Positions 51,621-64,000 of a stretch of 64,000 nt of DNA are shown in pieces; position 1 is the stretch's first letter, and every line of letters starts with the position of its first letter. The position numbers were made by a program, and so were the translations under genes. Source of the DNA: Cenococcum geophilum (taxonomy: Eukaryota). The stretch covers positions 496,001 to 560,000 of the forward strand of contig CP158636.1 of NCBI GenBank assembly GCA_050273025.1, written 5' to 3'. The notes under the pieces are model-generated. The model searched no databases, was not told where the DNA came from, and saw only the letters and a list, made by a program, of their open reading frames with translations.

Positions 51621-54600
51621 ATAATAATAATTCATTGCTTAACGTCCGATTTGGATCCCTACTAGGCCCATACGGACTACTCCTTATTTACATGTGGGGA
51701 GAAAACTCTATTTAAGAAAAATGAGAAAACCCCGTGATTTATCTCCCCGCCTTTTAGGACTTACCTACTTAGCGCCTATAAGTCGCCTGTGGTGCTCTAC
51801 TACCTTATTATTTAACCTTTTTAGGAACCACTGCTGCCGTAACAAGCCTACGGACGCGCTAGTATCACAAACTTTTACTCTACTACTGTAGAGTTACTAG
51901 GGGGCACCTATTGCTCGCCCCCTTGCTTTTTATTACTATTTCCCTTGCAACCCGGAACTGATTTAGTATATTTTGACTAATAAGCCACTAGGTGACCGCC
52001 TTGAGGCCTTTTTGTGTTAAGAGTAGTGTATTATAGTTCTCTATGCTAGCTGCTAAGAGTATTGTTTCTTAATTGGTGCGTAGGGGGCATAGCAGTATTA
52101 TGTGTTTTGGTGTCTGTCTTGGCCAGCTATATTTATATCTTAGGCTACCTACTAGGACACCCACCTAGTAAAGCCAATCTTTTAGTCCTATTATTCCTGT
52201 TCTTAAGAGTATTGCTATTGTGTTTTCTGCCTTTGTTAGGCCTTCTTGGAGCCCTTAGGTATTTACCCCCTATAGCGTTAATTATGCTATGGCTTGGGTT
52301 CGTCTTGCCTAAGTCAGCCTCTATACCTTTAACTCCTATTTACCTCTTTAGCGTTGGTCCAACCAGTATTATATTACGGTAGATGGTTTCCCGGCGTTCT
52401 TATATGTTCTACTTTAACTCCTTTCTCTATCTTGCTATTGTTTTTACTAACCTCTTACGCGTCTCCCTTCCTCCTCTATATGGGCCTAGGCCCTAAAGCG
52501 GCACTATTTTTCTTCTACTTTCTTTACCTGTTTCTCTAATATCTTTTCCCTACTTTGGGGTTGTTGGTTTGTTCTCCTATAGGGCACCCTAGGGTCCCTC
52601 TATAGTTTACTTAGGCGTGTCTTAATATACTTTATAATATTAGAGTTATATTTATTTTGCGTTTTTTATATTGTAGCGGCTTTAATATGTAACTGTAGGG
52701 GGGGAATATTGGATTCCTTCTTAAGTAGTGCTGTAGCCGTTTGCTTGTACCCGCCTATAATACTTTAAAGGTAGGCTATTTAGACCTTTTAAAGTGGTTT
52801 AAGGAGTGATTTTAGGGGGCCCTTTTTAGTTTCTCTAATAGCCTAGATACTGGATCTATATGTTATAGTTGGCTGGACGACTGCTGTATATAGTAGGCGT
52901 AACCTCTGGAAGCATGGACCCTATGTGGAATTAATAATCCTAGATAAAGTAATGAACTGTGCTTGGCCTTTACGGGCTACTTACGCCGTATGTGCGCTCT
53001 ACTAGAGCTTACTGTTTACCTATACTCCTAATACCCTTAGGCCCTGAACTAGTTGACCCCTAAAGCCTTAGATGCGAATTATATGCTAAAGATCTGTAGA
53101 TTGGTTGCGTTTTCTTATGAAATAGATTAGCTGGTATTTCTTTGGTGAGAATTGGACTCTATAACGTTTTGCCCACTCTATATAAGTGTTATAGGCTTTC
53201 TCTAGTGTTCTGCAGTTCTTTATGGCTGTTGGCCCGTATATAATTAGGTTTGTGTTATTAACGAAGCCTATCCCCTAGGTTGCCCCTTTTTTAAAGGAGT
53301 TAAGCAGGTTGCTTATAAAGAAAAGGAAGAGTATAGGCGAGAGGGGTAATCCTTATGGTATTCCTGTTGCAACTGTGATGGGGGGGCTCTAGTATCCGCT
53401 AAAGACTAGTGATGTTTCTTTCTGGCCTATAAACCCTTAGATAAATTATATAATCTATTCTAGGAAGCCCTTTGCCCTAAGGATATATAGGAGACGCTTG
53501 TGGGGTATATTGTTGTAGGCACTACTAATGTCTAGGCTAAGCATTAATACTATAAAGTCCTTTCGCATCGCCTATGCAGATTTAATGGTGGTAGCGAGTA
53601 GCGTAAGTGCTGATAGTGTTGAGCGGTTCTTTCTTGCCCCTATTTAGCTTTGTGGTAGTAAGGTATATTCCTCTACCGTATCTACTATACGTTCCGCTAT
53701 TACCCTTTCTAAGATTTTGCTAAGGGTGTTTTCTAAGGCAATAGGGTAGTAGCTTCCTGGGATTAAGTAATCTGCTTTACCTTCTTTTTATAGGATAACC
53801 GTCGTTATAGATCTTTCGAGTTGCGGGTAGTAGCCTATAGTAAAGTATACTTTAGCTATATCTGTAAGCCAAGGTGCTATAAGTGGCCCACAGGTTTTTA
53901 GGGCCTTATTTAGAATCCCATCTAGTCCTAGTGCTATATTGTTTAAAAGGCGGCTAATGGTTCTAGCTATTTCCTCTATTATTATGTCGCTGTCGACCCG
54001 TAGGCAAGTCACTGGTGTTTTGCCTGTAATATCACTGAGGTCTGCTAGAGCCGGTTAGGGGAAGAACCTTTCTGTAAGGATCTTTGCCTTCTTATTATTG
54101 TCGTTTGTGGCCTGTAATTCTCCTGCTCTTTATAGGGGTGGTAGGTGTAAGTCTTCTGCTAGGCGCCCTGCCTTTTTCTTTACCTATTTCGCTATATCCT
54201 AAAGGCCCTTATTATAGGGGAGGCTTATGTTAGAAGTATGCTCGTTTATAAACCGTCTTTAGTTATTCCTTACTTCTTTTTTTAGGGTATTCTTTAGCTG
54301 GTTTCTTATGTCTTTATATCGTCTCTCGTCTTTAGGGTTATGGCTACTTATATATTTCCTTCTTGCTCGTTATTAGCTGGCAACTAAAACTGCGTATTGT
54401 GTAGACCATACGTGTTGCGCGTAGGGGCCTGGTTTTAAGATCGGGCAGTACTCTTTTAGCCCATTTTTAATCGCTGCCTAAATCCTTTCTAGTCTTTGGT
54501 TAATTTCCTTAGGGGTAGTTAATAGGCCTCGCTTGTTTAGTATTAGGTGGATTTCTTCTAGGTCTTAGAGTTATTGTTTAACTGTATTAAGGAAACTATT

Positions 54601-57198
54601 TATCTTAAGCTTCCTTATTGCGTATCTTTTTCTATTTAGTTGCGCTTTAGTATCTAGGTTTAGCTATATCTAGATAGGGATATAGTCTAGGGTAAGTGCC
54701 TATTCTTCTTCGGGGTTATACCTTTCAAGTCTCTAGTATAGGCCTTTGTTTATAAATGTGAGGTCAATTATACTTTTAGCGGTGCCTTATTGCCATATAA
54801 TTGCTCCTAGGGGGGTAGCTAGCTTAAGGCCCTAGATATCTATAGCTCTTAGTAAGTACTCTAACTATTAGTCTACAGCAATATGGATACCCCCCTACCG
54901 TGGGTAGTGGAGGTTTATGTCTCCTAATAGGATAGACTCTGTACCTTCGGTTTCCAGTAAGCTTATTACTGATATAATATTCTCTGTTTATGGGACCCCT
55001 TTGACCCTAAGGTTATATACATTAATAATTTATACCGGTCCCCTATATATTTGGATTATTATAACTGCAATATCTAGGTTGACTATCTATTATAACCATA
55101 AGGACAGGCTGATAGCCTTGCTAATTATAAAGCATATATATGTAGCTGCTTTTAGTTTGTATAGGAGCTGGAATCCTTAGGGGCAGTATGTTAATTATGT
55201 AAAGGTATTATAATACGGCTCTTGTATAGCAAGGATATGGTGTTTCTCTAGGTCTAGACTGTCTAGTAGGGGCCTTGCGAGGCGGTGGTTTGTGTTGCCG
55301 CAGTTATACTATATAATGGATAGGTGGCGGACCCCCAATAAGGGTCCTTCGACTCTCCTTCATTCCTCGCTTCTTCTGTTTCCACTTTCTCTAGGATATT
55401 CAGAGCTTCTGTCTCTTATGTCTATACCCTAGTTACTACTTATTTTGTATAGAGCTTTCCATTCCCATGTCTTATATTCCTGTTAGCGCTTCTATATCTA
55501 AATCTGTTATTATTACCAGTTCTTCTTTTATTCTTACTAGTCGGCTATATACCCTTTATAGGTCAGCTGCGAATATTATATTTGCTGCATTAAGTCTAAT
55601 TCTTAATTATCCTGGTCTTAAGCCTACTATTGCTGTCCATAGGGGTCTTCCTATAGGGCGTCTTCTCCCTTATATCCCCTGTGACCCTTATGTCCCTAAT
55701 TAGTCTAGTGATGTTACACGGCGTCGCTTCTGGCCCGTTAAGGCTTGGGATAGCTGGCCTAGCCCTCTAGTATTAAAGGTAGGAAACGCTAGAAAGGCAC
55801 CTGTGTCCCCCTAGCTTATCGCCTATTGTTTCCATTTATATAACCTAGTGTGCAGTTATTCCCGCAGCTGTTAAGCCCTTGCCTTCCGTCTCCTATATTT
55901 AATGCAGTCTTCTCTCTCCTACGCCTTATATGTGCTTCGGTGGCAGTTTACGCATTTTGTTTAGTCTTAATTTAAGTAATATCTCGTATTATAGGGGCCT
56001 ATATAGTGGCCGCAGCACACCTATACTGCGCATATAGATTAGGTATGTCCCTATTATATATAACAATAGCATTATTCTAGGCGTAGTCTATAGTTATAGA
56101 GCCTTATATTATATATAAGGCCATTTATAATTATTCCTTTTTAGATAAGGAGTTTTTGCATTCCTGGTGTATATATGCTAATAATAAGGGAGCCATACGT
56201 TCGTCCAGCGTCTCCCTAGCGAGTCTCTGGCGACCCTCGTGTCCTCTTATTATTCTTATTATATACTTAGTTTACATTTTCCTGTTAAAGCTATTGGATT
56301 TAGGTGATTTTAAGTCCTAGTATAAGGCGTTCCGTTTGTCTTACTATCTCCTATATAATTACTATATTGTCCGCCTAGCGTCCCTTTTCTACCCTAAGGC
56401 TTATAGGAACCGCTAGGACTTCGACTAGGTAATCCTCGCGGAGTACTTTTATGCCAATACGTTCTCCTAGCCTATCCCCTACCCTTACGGCTCGTTCCTT
56501 TACCTATTAGTCCTTTAGGGTAACTCTAATATCTCCGCTCTTAAGGTATTGGACTATAATAGCATTATAAACCTCTTTGCGTATCTTTATAAGGACTTCT
56601 ATTTCTAATTATCCCCTAAGCCCCTCTGCTTATTCTATGTTTGGTTATATTATAATTATATACCCGGTTATTAACTTAAGGGGGGTAGGTTCCCTATGCT
56701 GTAAAAGCGCAGCTATAGCGGCCTAGGTGCGGTTCGCCGGTAAAAAGAAGTTATGCTTATTTTCGATTTTACTTAGCCGTTAGAGGATTTAATTAAGGGT
56801 TTACTAGAGGGGCGCCTAAGGTTCGCTAAACTAGCGGAGCCATTCTACTAGCTGTATTAGTTCGTTATAGCTAACGGTTACTCCCCCGTAATTCTAGATA
56901 CTAGACGCGTCTAATAGGCTTTATATTTTGTTAAATGCCTTCTTAATAGAGGTATTTCCGCTTTATAGTGTAGTATTCGCCCGTCTTTATTGTGGAGGGC
57001 CATTGCTAGGCGTAGTTCTAGCGGTCGCGCGCGAGTGCGAGCCACCGTCGTTCGACGTATGCCTCTCCTGCGATGCATGCATCTCAGGGGGATTCTCTGG
57101 GTGTTTTTCAGGGTTCTTTTGGTTGGTTTTGGTCTTTTTAGGCCGGGTGCAGCAAGAGCTCCAGATTTATAGTTGAAGGGATATATTTTTAACGCGAT
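51621..57198 (-). mobile_element. Tad1-like LINE copy 2, same family as 28470-34034, inverted
   Basis: Reverse-complement match along its full length. 15-bp TSD TCTGTAGATAATATA at 51606-51620 and 57199-57213. (AAT)n tail. Confidence 0.93.
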
Positions 57199-60100
57199 TC
57201 TGTAGATAATATACGGTAGAAGTTACTACTTAAACTCCTTACTCTACTAAGAATACTTCCTAGAATGCTGCTATAAATCTTAAATCTCTATTTAATATAA
57301 TTTTACTTAGTGCTTTATGTTTTATAAATACTTCTTTAATATAGATTCTAGCAATATCCTCCGCTAATATTTCTGCTAAATATGCTATAAAGTATCCCCA
57401 TTTTATAAGCTTGTCTATTATTACTAAGATTATATTATAATCTTATCTAGTAATAGGGTCTTTTAATTTTAGTAACTTAATAATAAAGTCCTATAATATA
57501 ACCTCCTATAGTCTTTCTAGTATTTTAATAGGTTGTAGCTTTCTATATAGCTTATGCCTTATTAGTTTATTTCTTTAGCAATCTAGATATTCTTTTATAA
57601 CTTACCTAGCTAATCCCTAAATTCTATTAATAATATACTCCTCTTAAAGTCTTAACACTAAGCTTATAGCTCCGTTATATCCTTAAGTTAGTCCTTTATA
57701 AAATAACTTAATAAACTCTTTTATAATGACTCTTAGTACGTATATTACTTTTTAATTTTTATATTACTCTAAGTTTAGATCCTCTACTTATATATTTAGG
57801 ATCTTTTATATTTAATTACTCTCTAGTAATTTATAGATCTTCTCTTCTTATATTGCTATAATCTTTAGATAATTATACCTAATTAATTTATCTATATCCC
57901 TTTACAACAAAGCCCCTAATGGCTTTTTATTGTTTTATAGTTTAACTTTCCTACTTAGAGTATCCGCTTATGTATTCTCTGTACCCTTAATATACTAAAT
58001 CTTAAAATAATATTCTATAAGCATCTTTGCCCATCTAACTTATCTATAATTAAGTTCTTTTATTATTAGGAACCCTATTAGGTTTTTATAGTCTGTCTTA
58101 ACTATAAATAGTTTCTCTATACCTTATAAGAATAATCTCTATTCCCTTAGTACTATAACTATACCTAATAACTCTTTATTATAGATGTTATAATTTAGTT
58201 CTAGTGGTGTTATCTTCCAACTATAGTATACTACTAGGTGCCATCTATTTTTATATTTCTATAGAAAGCACACTCCTAGTATATAGTCTAATGCATCTAT
58301 TTTAACTACTATCTTTAACCATAGCTAATAGATTTTAAGAACTGGCTCCTAGGTAAACAATTATTTAACTCTTTTAAATAGTTCCTTTTATTCCTCTCCC
58401 TATACCTATAGTTCTTCCTTCTTTATTAATCTTATAAATGGCTTAATATCCTTTAACTATTAAGCTATAAACCTTCTATAGTAATTACAGAACCCTAAAA
58501 ATAACCTTAACTATATTATATTTTCTAGTTCTTGCCAATTTACTATAGCCTCGATCTTCTTTAAATCTATGCTAAATTAGCCTAGTTTAATAATAAATTT
58601 AACAAAATCTGTCTTCCTAGTAAAGAATTCGCATTTCTTAATTGCTACTAGTATTTATTCTTCTTATAGTCTCTTTAAAACCCATTTAACGTATTCTCTA
58701 TATTCTTCCTCGTTTATTAAGTAGATAATAATATTATTAAGGTATACTATAACAAATTCATCTAAGTATTCTCTTAATATATTATTAATATACTTTTAAA
58801 ACGTCGCTAGTGCGTTTATAAGCCTAAATTGTATAACTAGTGGTTTATATAGTTCTTCCTTTAACCTAAAGGCTGCCTTTTATTTATCGCCTTCCTTAAT
58901 CCTAATCTAATAGTACGCCTATCTTAGATCTATCTTTATAAAGATTTACGCGTTACTAATCCTATCTTAGATCTTACTAATTAAGGGTAAAGGATACTAT
59001 CCTTTCTAGTAATGCTATTTAACTATTTATAGTTAATGCATAGTCTAAGTTTTCTATTCTTCTTTAGTATAAATAGTACTAGATATCCTGCTAATAACTA
59101 CGATAGTTTAATATATCCCTTTTAAAGGTTTTCCTGGATAAACTCCTTAAGTGCCTATAACTCTTTCTCTATTAACTTATAGGTTAGGTAAAACCTTAAA
59201 CTTATTTCTAGTTCTAACTCTATTTTATAGTCCTATACTATATAATTTAATAGCTTTTTACTTTCTAGTAACTATAGCTTTTTGCTATACTTATAGTATC
59301 TCTTTAGTATATAATTTAATCCTTAATTAGTCTCCTTATATATCGCTTTAACTTAGTACTATATTAACTTAGTTTGTTATTATATCTTATATTATTATAT
59401 ATCTTTAATATTAATCTAACCTATAACCTAATTAATCCTTAGATTATATTCCTATAACTAAGGCATTCCTAATACTGCCTTATTATTCCCTAATGGTAAT
59501 ATATTAAAAGATATCTTAACTTATCTCCCTTTAATGGTTATCTAAATAGGTCCTATTTTAAGATTAATAATACCTCCTCTATAGGCTATTAGATCTCCTA
59601 AAATCATTACTAATAGATAGGGGTGCTCTTTTTGCCTATGTAGTAGCCCTATCCTCTTAACTACTGCTAGTAAGATGTGGTTTTATATTGCTCCACTATC
59701 TACTAATACTTTAAACTGTTAATCTTGCTAATTAACTCTTAGATTTAGGTGTTATCCTTAAATTCCTTTAAGGGTCTAAGGCTTTACTACTAGCTTCCTC
59801 TAGTTTTATAGGCCTCTACTTTTTCTAACTATTAGCTACTTAATTCTTATATACTTAACTTACTTTTTAGCCAATACTTAGTCCGCTTTTTATCTTTAAT
59901 ATACTATAGATAGGTGTTCTCTAAATATTCCCACTATTATTATCTATTTAGGCATTCTTCTATAAGGAATCTTCTTAGTTAAAGTATTAAGTCTCTTAAC
60001 TCCTAAACTTCTATTAGATGCTAGCCGTGTATATATTTAGCATTTCTATACTATCGCTTATCTAGCGCCTAATATATCCTTATAGGGTATTTCCGGTTTT

Positions 60101-62043
60101 TCTCTTTTAGATTTTTATACATTTTATATATATCGTCTACGCATATAATCTATAATAGTGTATAGTATGCCGTGTGCTTTAGGTTAACTCTTAACTTATT
60201 TTTATCCTTAAGTTTAAACCTCTATTGTATTAATCTAAACGTTACGACTTTATTTATAGGTATTAAGACGCGTCTCTTACTTCTCTAGTCCTCTAATTAT
60301 TCCTCTAGATCCTTTAATATTATAATTAAGGCTCCTTTAATATAATTCATCGCTTTTTCCGTAATTAGGTAGTCTTATATAACTCTTTCGTCTAACTATA
60401 TATAGAAATCTTCCCACTTATCGTTGTGTCTTTACCTATACTACTTTTAATATAGCTGCTAGAGTATATACGGTTTGTCTATAAGGAAGTATTTTCTTAT
60501 TACTACGTTATAACAGCCTTTTATATATCGTTTCTTAAACCTAGTTAGAATCCCTAAATCCTCTTTATTTTTTAGTTTAGTAAGCTACTTAGCTCTTAGT
60601 ATGCCTACTTTTAGCCTATTAGTAATTCTTTATATAGGTACTCTGTCCCTTATATAACCTAGCGTACTAGATCTTATATCTAGTTTTTTTTCTTACTATA
60701 TAATAATTCTTACTCTAAACTCGTCTATAGTTTCTTATTATTTACATCTTATAATTAAATCCTTAAAGTTCTCTTACTTCTTAATCACTATATTAACTTT
60801 TTAATCTTTAGGTTAAATACTATATTTGCCTAGTAAGTCTTCTAGGTCTATATATCTATCTCCTAATCTAACTACTATTTATACTATAGATTCTCTAATC
60901 TATAGTAAAGTCTCCTACTTCTTTCTTACGGGTGTCCTTATTCGTACTCTAAATTCTTAACCCCTTAGATTCTTTAACCCTAAGCTTACTTCTTTCTTAA
61001 GCTGCGCTTTAACCTTAATTTAACTAGGCTTTACTAGTATCCTTATCTTATTTTAAGAGTCCTAAATCTCACTTATTTTATCTTAAAAGTCTTATACCTT
61101 TAGAAAACTTCGTCCTAAGCTTATTCGTATATTGCTAAACTAAGCTATTACTCTATCCTATTAGTTTTCGTCTATTATAGGTCCTTAAGTATACCTTATC
61201 TCATCTTAAGAATCTTAGTCGTCTTTTATCTCATCTTAAAAATCTTAAGCCTTTGGCCTTTTGCCTTTATTAAGTGGTAAGCTAGCACTAGCAGTTGTCT
61301 ACTTACTTAATTATTTCTAGATATTGCTCCTTCCGTTTTATAAAGCGATAGATGCCGTATCTAATAGTGTTATAATACCCGTTACTAAACCTTACTTTAT
61401 AGCGGTCTTAGTCTCTACTTTTATTGCGTTATTAAGGTTTAGATACCCCCAGTTAATTCCTTTACTATCCTTATTACTATTAGTTAATAAGTACTCTAAC
61501 TCTATTACTATTATTACTAATCTTTATCCGTATAATATTATAATATCTTAATCCAGCTTATAGAGTTAATCTTATTCTTTATCTAACTCTTTAGTTCCTT
61601 TAAGTCCTTTTAACTTTGGCTCTTATAGCCAATAGCTTACACCGTACTTAATGTCTTTATAAATTTAGTATACATTATTATAACAAAACGCAAAACTTCT
61701 AATTAAATATTCTTTTGTTCCTCGCAGTATACTATTATCCCTCTATATATCTATGTTACATACTACTAGTCTAGTTCCCCTTACTACATAATAACTCTAA
61801 CCACCTCTACAGTCTCTAGCGAAATGACCCTATTTTTTATAATTTATATAAGCTTTATCTTTAAACCATTACTTTTGTTATAGAGTTCGCTTAAACGTCT
61901 TCTATTACTAAGATCCTTAGTTTAGCCTATACTTTTTAGTCCTATAATTACTTAATCCTTAACCTTTAGGTTTCTATAGTTTCTTACTTTATCTCTTATA
62001 GGTTTCTTTAGTATTACTTAGGTCTATTAGCTCTACGCTATAC

Positions 62044-62950
62044 TTAAGTTAACGAGTGTTGTTTAACATTAACTGCTTAAGGCCCCCTTTAGGCATATAT
62101 ACTCCGCGTAAAATCTTTCCTATAGTATACAAATTAAACTTATTAATCTCGCCGATAACCTAATATTAAGTCTTTTAGCAATAGTTAAAGTTATTATAAA
62201 TAATACAGATATTATTATAAATAGATAAAGACTTAATTAGTTTCTTAAGGGTTATTAGCGCTAAAAGGCCTAGTAGAATTAATAGGACCTTTCTTAGAAC
62301 ATTTAGCTAGCCCGAGCTTTCTAGCATTAAGAGTTTTATAACTATTAATTAGACTAAGACTATATAAGAAAGATAGTATATAGCGCTTTATACTAAGTGC
62401 CTAAAGATATAAACTAAGTAGATAGGCGAAACTATTTGCGGAGTTCTAGGTAAACCCTAGTAGGAATATAGAGGCAACTATAACTATACGTCCGCTATAT
62501 AGATCCCGACTGCGTTCTTCTCTATTTAGTACGGATATCCTATTAATAAGCTAGAATAGTAGCGGACCGTACTACTAAACAAATTTGGCTGTATTTTTAA
62601 GGTTAATATCCTTAAACTCTACATCTAGAGTTTATATGTTAAAGGGGCCGTATTATAACTGTAGTTAGCGAAGCTCTTTCTAGATATAGCGGATAGTATA
62701 GGTTACTAGCGTTATATAAATATTAGGCATATTAATAAGTTTTTCTTATATTTCCTTATTCTCTAGTAAAGTAACAAGTAGGTCCTTTACTTTTTTCTTT
62801 TTTTTATTACCTCTATACCCGTTCTTACTTTCTAAATACTTAGAGACTAGCCTATAAAAAGGCTAACCCTATTTTTATAGAAGGTCCTTAATAATATTAA
62901 CCTTTTCTTCCTTTAACGTCCTTATCTAACTAGTAGATAGAATATCCGTA
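62044..62950 (-). pseudogene. Academ-type (DUF6589-like) transposase fragment, RIPed
   Basis: With RIP reversed, the minus strand gives NSANSFAHLLGLYLQASGVKRRVLSFLHGLGLIDSYKTL and IIYDNFNY..TRHQVIG..GKILRG.YMP.GGL. Confidence 0.65.
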
Positions 62951-64000
62951 GTCGTCGTCTCCCCCTTCGCTCCTCCGTCGTCGTCGCTAGGACGCCCCTG
63001 GCTATATAGCCCCTACGGACACGTCACCAGACGCCAAATACCAGACACATTACAACCTCTACTACAACCAGTCTACAGCCATTACGCTACAGACAACCTC
63101 CACCACAACCTGTCTACAGCCATCAGGCTGCAGACAACCTCTACAACCTATCTACAGCCATCAGGCTGCAGACAACCTCCACAACCTATCTACAGCCATC
63201 AGGCTGCAGACGACCTCCGCAACCTATCTACAGCCATCAGGCTGCAGACGACCTCCACAACCTGTCTACAGCCATCACGCTGCAGACGACCTCTCCACAA
63301 CCTGTCTACGGCCATCGCGCTACAGACGACCTCTACCACAACCGCCACCACCGCCACAACATACCATACAATACCGCACTATAGGCGTACCGCAGATGCG
63401 CAGATAGGGGTGGCTATAGTAGGGGAGGGGAAGGGGCCGGCCCGTGTTACTTTAGCACGTTAAATCTAAGGTGTATAGGCGAATTGGTGTTTATACCCTA
63501 TACAAGACAACTTCGTGAAAATTTTCCTATGGGAGTGGGTTTATGTAACGAGGTTCGCCCTTATAAAATACCATTAGTAGGTTATTTTTGGGGAGAGTAC
63601 CTATTAATTACTAATTCCCTACCCATTTCTTTAGTAAGGAGAAGAGATAGGGTATAGGATAAAAAGTTGCTTTAGGTAATTGGTAGCTGCTTCTAAGCTA
63701 GCAAGCTATTGTAACGCCTCTTATTCTTAAGTGCAAAACTATTTAATAAAAATCTTTCTTTTAGAGCGCTTTTTCTACTCTAGGAACGGCAGAATACGGT
63801 AGAAATAGATAAAAGAGCCAGGATTTCCTTAGTGCGATTTTCTTGGCATAAACTAGACTATAGTAAGCAAGATATCAAGACAAAACACCAATAGGCTAGG
63901 AGCTCCCCCTAGTATTTAAAACGGGCCAGAGTGTCCACTTAGCTACTAGTACATATTAAGCTGCCTAGGAAGGATTTATATATATAGAACTATAGCGCCA
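62951..64000 (+). mobile_element. SINE-like retroposon, third copy (runs off window end)
   Basis: Same 5' start as 15262 but only one 26-bp monomer. 38-41-bp minisatellite. Body nearly identical to 16000-16655. Confidence 0.9.

Larger units (their letters stand above)
43620..62043 (-). mobile_element. Gypsy A copy 4 (3' LTR 43620-44040 through pol into gag; 5'-truncated), hosting a Copia and a LINE
   Basis: Segments 43620-44893, 50985-51620 and 57199-62043 join across the TSDs. RT YL(DD)IIIY at ~58720-58745. Identity to copy 1 ends at ~62043. Confidence 0.9.

Noticed and set aside
51694..57176. Short plus-strand hydrophobic ORFs (also 33359-33541, 42250-42462, 61324-61551)
   Set aside because: They are antisense shadows of RIPed LINE or Gypsy coding sequence.
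1..64000. Telomeric (TTAGGG)n tracts or a centromere call
   Set aside because: No tandem telomere array is present. AT-rich RIPed nests alone do not establish a centromere or subtelomere.

Overview
Filamentous-ascomycete (Pezizomycotina-like) repeat-rich region. About 90% is nested transposons degenerated by repeat-induced point mutation (RIP): CpA/TpG is depleted, TpA is in excess, and TAA/TAG stops sit where Gln/Trp codons are expected. Almost all ORF-track entries are therefore artefacts, and the protein calls below come from reading RIP-mutated motifs by eye. Contents: four partial copies of one chromoviral Gypsy family, a second Gypsy family, two Copia elements plus an internally deleted Copia derivative, two near-full-length Tad1-like LINEs and a Fot1/pogo DNA transposon. 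There are also two TRIMs with Tf1-type self-priming signatures, a family of ~1.5-kb poly(A)-tailed non-coding retroposons, AcademH-like transposase and RecQ-helicase remnants, and a RIP-inactivated DUF3435 tyrosine recombinase (Starship captain-like). A ~4-kb weakly RIPed island (23.0-27.1 kb) directly downstream of the recombinase holds one intact 3-exon single-pass membrane-protein gene, a pseudogene and a short Sec9-N-terminus-like ORF. Best leads: (1) a conserved, spliced, antisense Zn2Cys6-like + coiled-coil gene between pol and the 3' LTR in all three Gypsy 3' ends, (2) self-priming TRIMs, one a three-LTR tandem array, (3) the SINE-like family with a variable 26-bp 5' monomer array, and (4) a possible decayed Starship. 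Boundaries without a target-site duplication (TSD) are approximate.
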